Assembly: GCA_964504085.1 (NCBI GenBank)
Contig: CAZDDA010000001.1
Span: forward strand, 1-28,624
Direction of reading: 5' to 3'
Origin: an uncultured Thermotogae bacterium
Lineage (GTDB): Bacteria > Bipolaricaulota > Bipolaricaulia > UBA7950 > UBA9294
Length of the DNA: 28,624 bases
In this document: positions 1 to 7,028 of the stretch, one piece after another
Numbering within the stretch: the stretch's first letter is position 1
Layout: every line of letters starts with the position of its first letter
Notes under the pieces: model-generated
Database searches by the model: none
Seen by the model: the letters and a program-made list of their open reading frames with translations, nothing else
Told to the model about the DNA's origin: nothing
Made by a program: the position numbers and the translations under genes

Positions 1-23
1 CCGAGGAAGTTGAGGGAGAAGAA

Positions 24-269
24 ATGAACGAAGGAGAACTGGGGATCTTCGTCAGAACGAGGCCCATCAGCCTGCATGACGCGCGAAAACTGCGCGACAT
101 GCTTCGGGATGGCGGGATGGCTGAGCCAAGCATAGGGCCTGCGATGGACAACATTGCCGATCTTGCGTCTGCCCAAAACATCTCGCTGTGGGACGCTTTC
201 GATAGGTACGGCCAGAATCTTCTCAAGCACGCCGACGTTGACGATAACGATGCTAAGGCGGAGAATTGA
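24..269 (+). CDS. Hypothetical protein (81 aa)
   Basis: ORF preceded by SD-like GAGGGA. No recognisable motif and no tyrosine-recombinase residues. Confidence 0.6.
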   Translation: MNEGELGIFVRTRPISLHDARKLRDMLRDGGMAEPSIGPAMDNIADLASAQNISLWDAFDRYGQNLLKHADVDDNDAKAEN

Positions 270-270
270 G

Positions 271-316
271 ACCCGAAACCGTAGCAAAACCGTAGCAAAA
301 TCATCTGCTACGGTTT
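271..316. repeat. Left arm-type repeat cluster: AACCGTAGCAA x2 (277-287, 288-298) plus inverted copy TGCTACGGTT (306-315)
   Basis: Read directly. 271-301 recurs at 502-533 with a single inserted T. Confidence 0.85.
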
Positions 317-328
317 GGGAGTGAAATG

Positions 329-453
329 CAAGTGGTTGCACTTCAACGGCTTAGACAATCGGGACGGTGGGATTTGAACCCACGACCCCCTGAACCCCAT
401 TCTCGTGCGCAACTTCCCGAAAACGGCCTAATCCGCCACCTCACAACGACTTA
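329..453. promoter_or_regulatory. IHF-like sites (CAA-N4-TTR) at 329-338, 344-353 and 444-453 flanking the att core
   Basis: CAAGTGGTTG, CAACGGCTTA and CAACGACTTA match the core of the IHF consensus WATCAANNNNTTR. Their placement between arm repeats and core resembles lambda attP. Confidence 0.45.
359..402 (-). other. att core: 3' half of tRNA-Pro(GGG) from the anticodon loop to the discriminator base (not an intact tRNA)
   Basis: Minus strand reads AATGGGGTTCAGG-GGGTC-GTGGG-TTCAAAT-CCCAC-CGTCCCG-A: GGG anticodon, perfect T arm and 3' acceptor strand. The D arm is missing. Confidence 0.88.
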
Positions 454-501
454 CGGCTGCCGGCGTCGGTCGCCGATATTGGCCGAAACGCCCCAAAATA
501 C

Positions 502-533
502 ACCCGAAACCGTAGCAATAACCGTAGCAAAAT
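502..533. repeat. Right arm-type repeat cluster ACCCGAAACCGTAGCAATAACCGTAGCAAAAT
   Basis: Near-exact direct copy of 271-301. Confidence 0.85.
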
Positions 534-546
534 TTCGGGGTGCTTT

Positions 547-759
547 ATGACTTCCGATTGCCTCTCCTGCAGGCACTTTCAGGTCGACGGATCGCCTCGA
601 GTGATCTCTGATGATCATACGTTCGGCCGCTGTTGTCATCCCGACGGCCCCAAGCATCCACGGACGACAACCTTGCGCATTCCGGTGAGCACCAACTTGT
701 GGATCGTATCTGACGGCATGTCATGTGAGCGCCTCGAGGCTCGGGAGAACGCGGCGTGA
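547..759 (+). CDS. Small Cys-rich hypothetical protein (70 aa)
   Basis: CLSCRHF...GRCC...SCE pattern, SD-like GGGGTG, GTGA overlap with the next ORF. Confidence 0.6.
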   Translation: MTSDCLSCRHFQVDGSPRVISDDHTFGRCCHPDGPKHPRTTTLRIPVSTNLWIVSDGMSCERLEARENAA

Positions 760-1064
760 ATAGGCCCGTGCTGTTTTGCAGGGCTCGGATGCCGATGTGT
801 CCGAAATGCTGGCAGCCGCTCTCGCGTATCCAGCTCAACACGGGATCGATGTTCGCGATCTGCGGGTACCGAAAAGGTGGCAGGCGCTGCGGGCAACGTT
901 TGCACGTCATGGGCACGGGCTCCAGCGGCGTGTGTGTCGTCGTTGCACTCACTGAGGAAGAATACGAGTACTACACCAAACATCAGTTCTTGATTTCAGA
1001 GTTGTACGAGGATCTCGGCATCCTCACAACTTTGGAAACACGCGGGAACGTGCCGGCGGCTTGA
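756..1064 (+). CDS. Zinc-ribbon protein (102 aa), possible late-gene regulator
   Basis: CPKC-x17-C-x8-C motif, GTG start coupled to the upstream stop, located immediately before promoter-like P1. Confidence 0.65.
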   Translation: MNRPVLFCRARMPMCPKCWQPLSRIQLNTGSMFAICGYRKGGRRCGQRLHVMGTGSSGVCVVVALTEEEYEYYTKHQFLISELYEDLGILTTLETRGNVPAA

Positions 1065-1089
1065 GCAAATCGCCAGGATTCCCCATTTT
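1061..1089 (+). promoter_or_regulatory. Putative sigma70-type promoter P1: TTGAGC-N17-CATTTT
   Basis: -35/-10-like hexamers with 17-bp spacing, same geometry as the candidate at 9581-9609. Confidence 0.4.
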
Positions 1090-1096
1090 GTAGTCT

Positions 1097-1147
1097 GAGA
1101 GGCCACCGGGCCCCTTCCCCGCTGTGATGCGGGGAGGGGGCCTTTTT
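1097..1147 (+). terminator. 51-nt leader/intrinsic terminator element, copy 1
   Basis: GAGAGGCCAC motif, then a 14-bp GC-rich stem (one G-U pair), 6-nt loop and U5 tract. 47/51 identical to 9643-9693. Confidence 0.85.
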
Positions 1148-1173
1148 GTTTACCGCCACATATGGAGAAGAAA

Positions 1174-1668
1174 ATGATTTCATTCGCACTCGGGCGGATT
1201 CCGAAGATCGGGGATCCGGTAATCAGAAACGGCGACGAGCTCGCGATCGTTGGCTTCGGCGGTCAGGATCCGCGCAATCCAAGCGCGCGCGGGATCGTGA
1301 CTGTAGAGGCGTTCGAGGATGCTCTGATCGTCGTGATTGAAAACAAGCAGTTTCGGTACAAGCTCCGCGCGGATGATCTCCGCTGGAACGACGAGCTCGG
1401 CGCCTTCTACAGCTGGGGCACGCTTCTGTCTGACGAGCAGAAGCGACGCGTCACGGTTATGCGCGATGCCGGCGAGCTCCCGGCTCGAGAGACTCGCCAA
1501 CGAGGACACGGGCCGGCGGGCGGCGAACATCTAAATCTCTACCTCGCGCTGTTCAAGGACCGCAGATCAATAACCAAAGAGCGGATCGCAGACTATCGCG
1601 AGAGATTCGCTCAAAAGCTCGTCGAGGGATACGCCGATCCCGATGCCGACGACTCAACGGAGGGCTGA
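1174..1668 (+). CDS. Hypothetical protein (~164 aa)
   Basis: Track ORF 1162-1668. ATG 1174 is preferred because SD GGAGA lies just upstream. Confidence 0.75.
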   Translation: MISFALGRIPKIGDPVIRNGDELAIVGFGGQDPRNPSARGIVTVEAFEDALIVVIENKQFRYKLRADDLRWNDELGAFYSWGTLLSDEQKRRVTVMRDAGELPARETRQRGHGPAGGEHLNLYLALFKDRRSITKERIADYRERFAQKLVEGYADPDADDSTEG

Positions 1669-1671
1669 TCG

Positions 1672-2145
1672 ATGGCTGACCTGTTATACAACACCGGGAG
1701 CTCCGAGCTCTGGGACGGTACGATCGATCTCCTCACAGACACGATCAAAGGATTGCTGCGAGACAACACCTATACGGCAGACCGAGACAATGATGTCGTC
1801 GACGCAGGGGGTGCGAATGATGTCGTCGACGCCGAGCTCTCCGGTACTGGCTACACTGGGGGTTGGGGTGGATCTGGCCGGAAAACTCTCGCGTCGAAAG
1901 CGATTGCGGTCGACAAGACCAATGATCGGTCGACGTTCGATTGCGCCGACCTCGTCTGGACCGCAATCGACGCAGGGACTGCGGCCGCGCTCGAGATCGT
2001 CAAGGAGGGTGTTTCGGACGATACGACTTCGAGGCTGATCTCGTCACACGACTCCGGTTTTCCGGCGGCGACGAACGGTGGAGACCTCACGGTTACAATC
2101 CCAACGCCGGCGAATGGCGCTCTGATCAACCTGGCGACGGCGTAA
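1672..2145 (+). CDS. Probable virion structural protein (157 aa)
   Basis: N-terminus MADLLYN...WDGTIDLLTDTIK and C-terminal NGGDLTVT resemble a widespread small phage structural family that precedes fibre-like genes (recognised from memory). Confidence 0.7.
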   Translation: MADLLYNTGSSELWDGTIDLLTDTIKGLLRDNTYTADRDNDVVDAGGANDVVDAELSGTGYTGGWGGSGRKTLASKAIAVDKTNDRSTFDCADLVWTAIDAGTAAALEIVKEGVSDDTTSRLISSHDSGFPAATNGGDLTVTIPTPANGALINLATA

Positions 2146-2204
2146 GCGTGGCTTTCCGACTGCCAGCACATACATCGATGACTGAGCAAGGGAGGAGGCG
2201 CGGC

Positions 2205-2348
2205 ATGCCTTGGTATGAGATTTTGGCCGTGTGCGCCATCGTGTGCATATCGGCCATCCCGATTATCTGCCGTCAAAAGCGGCGTCGCTCCGACACGATC
2301 AGTGTGCCCAAGCGGTCCGCCGGTAGTGTCGGGCGCAGTAAGGAATGA
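2205..2348 (+). CDS. Small single-TM membrane peptide (47 aa)
   Basis: Strong SD GGGAGGAGG, then MPWYEILAVCAIVCISAIPIICRQKRRR (hydrophobic helix plus basic stop-transfer). Confidence 0.55.
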   Translation: MPWYEILAVCAIVCISAIPIICRQKRRRSDTISVPKRSAGSVGRSKE

Positions 2349-2352
2349 TGGT

Positions 2353-3105
2353 ATGCAGCTTCTGATCATGAAAGCCGATCACCCGCCGCACTACAAGGGC
2401 GACTTCGTCGAGGTCCGGGCGTCCGGCTCGCCGTTCGGGGGGAAAGAGCCGGAGGCGTTCGTCCTGGTTGAGGTGCCGGGCGTGCCCATGACCGACTACG
2501 AACAATACCGGCGGTCATGGTACTGCGAGGTCGATTTCGAGGTCGTCAACCAGGACTTAGCGCAGGACGGATTTAGACTGCGGATGTACGCCACCAACAA
2601 CAACGGCAGTCTCGGGGCCGTGACGAGGGCCGACGTCGAGGCGTTCATCAACTCGTGGGGTGGGACGGTCCACAGCTTTGGGGCAAACGAAGTGGTGTTT
2701 GACATCTGTATTTTTGATGCGCTCACGTCAGCGGCTTTTTGGGAAATCAATGTGTCGGGCGTGCAGTTCATCGAGACGGCCTATGACCAGGATACTGGTA
2801 TACACCGCATCGAAGCCGATTATTCCGCGATAGGTAACAATCCGACGTATGTCGAGCGGAGGGTCGCAGAGATGGGGCTCACGGTCATCTCGCATGACAA
2901 TCGAGTGCTCACCTACGATGCCGACCGCGCAGTCGTACGGCAGAACTTTGAGCGAGACCTCGCAGAGAAATCGAGACGCCTTATTGCCCGCAGACGGTAT
3001 CACGTCTCCGAGACTATAGTCGATTACATCATCGGTCAGGGTGGTATGGTATCAACCGATCTTCCGACTCTTGCCGGATACATCCAGGACAAGACGACGG
3101 CGTAA
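2353..3105 (+). CDS. Hypothetical protein (~250 aa)
   Basis: Track ORF 2215-3105. ATG 2353 follows SD AAGGA, and the stop abuts the next start (TAAATG). Confidence 0.75.
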   Translation: MQLLIMKADHPPHYKGDFVEVRASGSPFGGKEPEAFVLVEVPGVPMTDYEQYRRSWYCEVDFEVVNQDLAQDGFRLRMYATNNNGSLGAVTRADVEAFINSWGGTVHSFGANEVVFDICIFDALTSAAFWEINVSGVQFIETAYDQDTGIHRIEADYSAIGNNPTYVERRVAEMGLTVISHDNRVLTYDADRAVVRQNFERDLAEKSRRLIARRRYHVSETIVDYIIGQGGMVSTDLPTLAGYIQDKTTA

Positions 3106-4962
3106 ATGGCTGACCTGGTTAGCTGTCTCGTCGACACCGACTCGGGCCCTGGATACGACTATTCGTCACTCAACGCCGCAGATGCGGCGAACTTTGGAGC
3201 CACGAGCGCCGATTTGGTAAGCGAGGACGAATACGTCGAGTGTGAGTGTGCGTGTTCGAGCGGGAGCGCAGACACTGCTGCCGTGCATGTGACTGGGTTT
3301 ACGGTGGACTCAACTCGATATGTCCACATCTTCACTGATACGAACCGGCATAATGGGGCGTGGGACACCTCAGGGTATCGCTTGGTCGTCAACAACAATA
3401 CTGCATGTTTGCGTATCTCAAATTCGTACGTTCGAGCCGTAGGGTTGCAGCTACAGAACACATATCCTACATCAGATAGCTGGCCTCATCGTGAGATTTC
3501 TGCTACTACTGCTGGCACAACGCATGTTCGAATCGACTCCTGTGTCTGTCGTTGTACACGGACGCCGAACACCGCAAATGCCCAGATACTTATGATGAGC
3601 CAAGTCGTCTCGATTGTCGTCAATACGGTCGTCTATGGTGGATACAAGGGCATTCACATCTATTCAGACCAAACAGGACATGAAGTCGTTTGTTACAACA
3701 ACACGGTGGCGGACTGCTCGTATCGCGGCTACGAGTTGGCACCAAAGAGCCCATGGCCAGCATGGACGCTCCATCTAAAGAACTGTCTCGCCGACAACAA
3801 TAATCCCGATTTTTACATCAACACGTTCAATCTCACGACCGATTATGCCGACAACATGTCAAGCGACACGTCGGCACCTGGAGGGGATGCACACCACAGC
3901 GCAAGCAACAGTTTCGCTGGAACCGGTGATTACCACCTAGACAGCGCTGATGATGCTGTCGGTGAGGGAACAGATCTTTCATCTGATTCAACATATCCAA
4001 TCACCACCGACATCGACGGCGACACGCGCAGTGATTGGGACATCGGAGCGGATGAGATCGCGAGTAGTGGCGTTCAAGCAAATGTTTCTCCGGCATCAGC
4101 TACCTGGAACGCGGGTGCAAATGGTGTCCAACTCGGCGGAATTTCCGTCGACGCATCGCCAGTATCGGGGACATGGGCAGCTGGTGCGACTGGGATTTCG
4201 CTCAGCCTCCAGATCACCACGGCCTCAGCCAGCGGTACATGGAATGCCGGGGCGACGGGAATCACCCTCGGCGGGATCGGAGTCTCGGCAGCAAGTGCAG
4301 TCGCAACCTGGAACGCTGGCGCGACTGGCGTTGGGCTTGGCGGAGTGTCCGTCAACGCAGCTCCGGCATCGGGGACATGGGCGGCCGGCACTACCGGAAT
4401 CACGCTTGGCGGTATTGCGGTCTCCGCTGTGAGTGCGGCAGCCACATGGAACGCTGGCGCTTGCAATGTCTCCCTTGGATTGGTCGTCACGCTCTCGAGT
4501 GCGTCCGCCTCATGGCACGCTGGATCGACAGGAATCACGCTTGGCGGAATCTCCGTATCCGCCTCGAGTGCGGGCGGGACTTGGAACGCTCAAGCTCTCG
4601 ACATTTCCCTCGGCCTCGAGGTCTCGATCACGCCAGCATCCGGCACTTGGGGAGCCGGAGCGACAGGCGTCTCACTTGGCCTGGTCGTCACAACCGGGTC
4701 GGCTGCCGCAACCTGGAACGCCGGCGCGACTGACGTCTCTCTCGGAAATCTGGCGATCACGATCTTGAGCGCGGCCGGTATCTGGACGGCAAGTGAAGTA
4801 ACCGTGTCCAGCGCAAATCTGTTCGAACGAGTCTACGGGGGTGTGGCAAGTGCTGAGGCGGTCTACGGGGGCGGTGTCGACGAGAGCGTGGCGATCGATG
4901 GCGGAGGAGTTGCACTGGCAGAAGGCACGTACGGAGGCGCTATCGACGAAGCCGAGCCGTGA
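3106..4962 (+). CDS. Fibre/adhesin-like protein: parallel beta-helix (pectin lyase-like) N-domain plus C-terminal Trp repeats (618 aa)
   Basis: Beta-helix-like strings (VVNTVVYGG, YNNTVADC, LKNCLADN, DYHL...AVGEG, DIDGD.R..WDIGADE) followed by 11 repeats of 22-23 aa. Confidence 0.75.
   Translation: MADLVSCLVDTDSGPGYDYSSLNAADAANFGATSADLVSEDEYVECECACSSGSADTAAVHVTGFTVDSTRYVHIFTDTNRHNGAWDTSGYRLVVNNNTACLRISNSYVRAVGLQLQNTYPTSDSWPHREISATTAGTTHVRIDSCVCRCTRTPNTANAQILMMSQVVSIVVNTVVYGGYKGIHIYSDQTGHEVVCYNNTVADCSYRGYELAPKSPWPAWTLHLKNCLADNNNPDFYINTFNLTTDYADNMSSDTSAPGGDAHHSASNSFAGTGDYHLDSADDAVGEGTDLSSDSTYPITTDIDGDTRSDWDIGADEIASSGVQANVSPASATWNAGANGVQLGGISVDASPVSGTWAAGATGISLSLQITTASASGTWNAGATGITLGGIGVSAASAVATWNAGATGVGLGGVSVNAAPASGTWAAGTTGITLGGIAVSAVSAAATWNAGACNVSLGLVVTLSSASASWHAGSTGITLGGISVSASSAGGTWNAQALDISLGLEVSITPASGTWGAGATGVSLGLVVTTGSAAATWNAGATDVSLGNLAITILSAAGIWTASEVTVSSANLFERVYGGVASAEAVYGGGVDESVAIDGGGVALAEGTYGGAIDEAEP
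4072..4812 (+). repeat. Coding tandem repeat: 11 units of ~66-69 bp (consensus VxxxxASxxxTWNAGATGIxLG)
   Basis: Trp recurs every 22-23 residues, counted in the translation. Confidence 0.9.
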
Positions 4963-4974
4963 ATGGAGGATTGA

Positions 4975-5286
4975 ATGCCGATATACAGGAACAACAACAC
5001 GCGTCTTCCATCCCTCGCCTTTACCGACGAGGACGGGAACCCGATCACGACCGGAACGGTGAATGTGGCCGTCCTGAGCCGGGATCGCGGGACTGAGTAC
5101 TTCTCTAATGCCGCAGCCACCCACGATGCAGGTGGTGTGTGGTATCGCGACATTAGTGGCGTTGATGTCCAGGCCAACATCCCGGCTGCCGTCGCACGTG
5201 CATGGGTGCGCTTTCAGATAGGAGATCCGGTCGTCGCGGAGTTTTGGCGGCTTGAGGCTGTGAAGTTCAGAGAATCTACTACCTAA
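4975..5286 (+). CDS. Small beta-rich protein (103 aa), BppU-N-like/structural candidate
   Basis: SD GGAGG. The FTDEDGNPITTGTVNVAV...GVWY pattern is typical of small phage Ig-like adaptor domains. Confidence 0.65.
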   Translation: MPIYRNNNTRLPSLAFTDEDGNPITTGTVNVAVLSRDRGTEYFSNAAATHDAGGVWYRDISGVDVQANIPAAVARAWVRFQIGDPVVAEFWRLEAVKFRESTT

Positions 5287-5315
5287 TGGCAGTGATCCGC
5301 GCGTGAGACCCCGAA

Positions 5316-6098
5316 ATGCCACAGGTTACCGTCCAACATGACCTAAGCCGCGCTGATCGGTTCATTAAAGGGTACGAGCGCCAGCTGCCGTTCGCCACGT
5401 CTCTCGCAATCAACAACACGGCCAAGGACTTCCAGACTACTGAGCGGGCGCATTTGCTGAGTGAGTTCGAAGTGCGCCGAAGACAATGGGTCGAGCGAAA
5501 CGTCAAGATCAAACCGTTTTCGACAAAGAGAAAACTCGAAGCGAAGGTGGCCGTTCAATCACCCGGGTCCGGTGATCGCTCTGACATCCTAGCCAAGTTC
5601 GAAAAGGGTGGGCTCAAACGACCCACAAAGCGCCAGGCTCTCGCGATACCGGATGAAGCGCGGCGCACAAAAGCTGGCGTGCTCGCCAAGGCCGGGCGCC
5701 CGCGAGCGTTTAGACTCAGGCTTTGGGGAGTGGGCAAAGGAGGGGTGCGCATCTATCGAGGCCGCAAACGCACCTTCATGATCCAATACCCGGACGGCAC
5801 CGGAGGAATCTACCAGCGCGTAGGCAGGCGGTCGAAGCGTAAGTACCGGCGTGTCAGCGGTAGCAGTGGCACACGTGACACCGCCATCCGCACGTTGTTC
5901 CGATTCACAAGCCAGGCGCGCATCGATGATCGGCTGGACTTCGTGAGCACAGCTCAGCGAGTAATACATGTCCGTTTTGGGCCGAACTTCCACGAAGCCC
6001 TTGAGCGGGCAGTGCAGGCGCGTGGCGGTTCAACGCCCAGTCGCCAGCAAGTGCGAATCGCGAAGGCTGACATCTTCGGCAGAGATCGGGAATCGTGA
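5316..6098 (+). CDS. gpZ-like (minor tail Z / tail completion) protein, paralogue 1 (260 aa)
   Basis: Arg/Lys-rich, with QLPFATSLAIN...GIYQR...LFRF...F..NF.EAL..A motifs typical of the Z-like genes found upstream of terminases. Confidence 0.7.
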   Translation: MPQVTVQHDLSRADRFIKGYERQLPFATSLAINNTAKDFQTTERAHLLSEFEVRRRQWVERNVKIKPFSTKRKLEAKVAVQSPGSGDRSDILAKFEKGGLKRPTKRQALAIPDEARRTKAGVLAKAGRPRAFRLRLWGVGKGGVRIYRGRKRTFMIQYPDGTGGIYQRVGRRSKRKYRRVSGSSGTRDTAIRTLFRFTSQARIDDRLDFVSTAQRVIHVRFGPNFHEALERAVQARGGSTPSRQQVRIAKADIFGRDRES

Positions 6099-7027
6099 GA
6101 CGCTGCAGCCGCTGTCTCGAACTGCTTCCACTCAAGTCGTTCTACCGACGGAACGATAGCAGACGCGGGCCGCAAGGCATGGGCTTGTTCGCCGGATCGT
6201 TCCAGTCGGCTCAGTACAGTGGAGTGTGCAAGCAGTGTCATGAAGCAGTACCTAGTCGCAATACTGAGCGGAGACAGGAGGAACGACGTCGATACGCAGT
6301 GACAAGGGGCAAGGAGTACCTCACAGCTGAGCAATTCGCGGAACGTAATGCTGCCCGACGAGTGCCGGAGAACGTCCGGAGAATAAGCCAGCCGGCTGAG
6401 GTTCAATTCGAGCGCGCATTCAGGCGGGCTGTGTTAGAAATCCGGAGGACTCACGTTCCGGCAATCCTGTGGTCCATCGTTCAGCAAAGAGTCAGCAGGC
6501 GGCGTTATGATCGCACCGCATACCGAGAATGGTACAAGAAGAAAGGCGATGCGATACGTGCCGCATATAGGCGCAAGTATCGGAGTAATCCCACTGCCGA
6601 GCGAGCGCGAGTACGAAACTACAAGCACGCCAACCCACATGCCGTCGCGAAGTGGGGTGACAGAAGACGCCGGCGCGCAGCAGCAGCGGATGACGGTACG
6701 CTAGCCAAAGATCGCGTGAAACGTCTGTTCGCTACGACAAAGCGTTGCCACTACTGCGGCGAGCGTTTTACGCACGCAAACCCAGCGACCTTAGATCATG
6801 CGACACCACTGAGTCGTGGAGGTAGGCACTCTATCTTCAATGCCGTCATTTGTTGTCGTAAATGCAATAGCTCCAAAAGGGACAGAACCTACAACGAGTT
6901 CGTTGCCGGTCAACTGGCGCTCATCGGTCATCTCGGGTCCTGTGAGCGCCCTCACACTACGGGTAACGCGCCAGGTCGATGCTCATCTATACACCAACAA
7001 CTGAGGTACCCATGTCGGGTCTTTTAG
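6095..7027 (+). CDS. HNH endonuclease with N-terminal Zn finger (310 aa)
   Basis: CHYC...TLDHATPLSRGGRH...NAVICCRKCNSSK HNH motif, N-terminal CSRC...CKQC, GTGA overlap with the upstream gene. Confidence 0.9.
   Translation: MRRCSRCLELLPLKSFYRRNDSRRGPQGMGLFAGSFQSAQYSGVCKQCHEAVPSRNTERRQEERRRYAVTRGKEYLTAEQFAERNAARRVPENVRRISQPAEVQFERAFRRAVLEIRRTHVPAILWSIVQQRVSRRRYDRTAYREWYKKKGDAIRAAYRRKYRSNPTAERARVRNYKHANPHAVAKWGDRRRRRAAAADDGTLAKDRVKRLFATTKRCHYCGERFTHANPATLDHATPLSRGGRHSIFNAVICCRKCNSSKRDRTYNEFVAGQLALIGHLGSCERPHTTGNAPGRCSSIHQQLRYPCRVF
6935..6980. other. Candidate cos/packaging initiation region
   Basis: GGGTCCT followed by the TGTGAG/CTCACA palindrome (6941-6956) and CGGGTAACGCGCC, about 90 bp upstream of terS, which is the usual position for lambda-type cos. 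Confidence 0.35.
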
Positions 7028-7028
7028 C

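Noticed and set aside
24-269. Integrase or its C-terminal fragment next to att
   Set aside because: It has its own RBS and start, and lacks the R-H-R-H-Y catalytic pattern.
359-419. Intact tRNA-Pro gene
   Set aside because: No D arm, two anticodon-stem mismatches and no encoded CCA. It is best explained as an att core.
271-533. CRISPR mini-array
   Set aside because: Repeat units are 11 bp and tandem or inverted, with no regular unique spacers and no cas genes.
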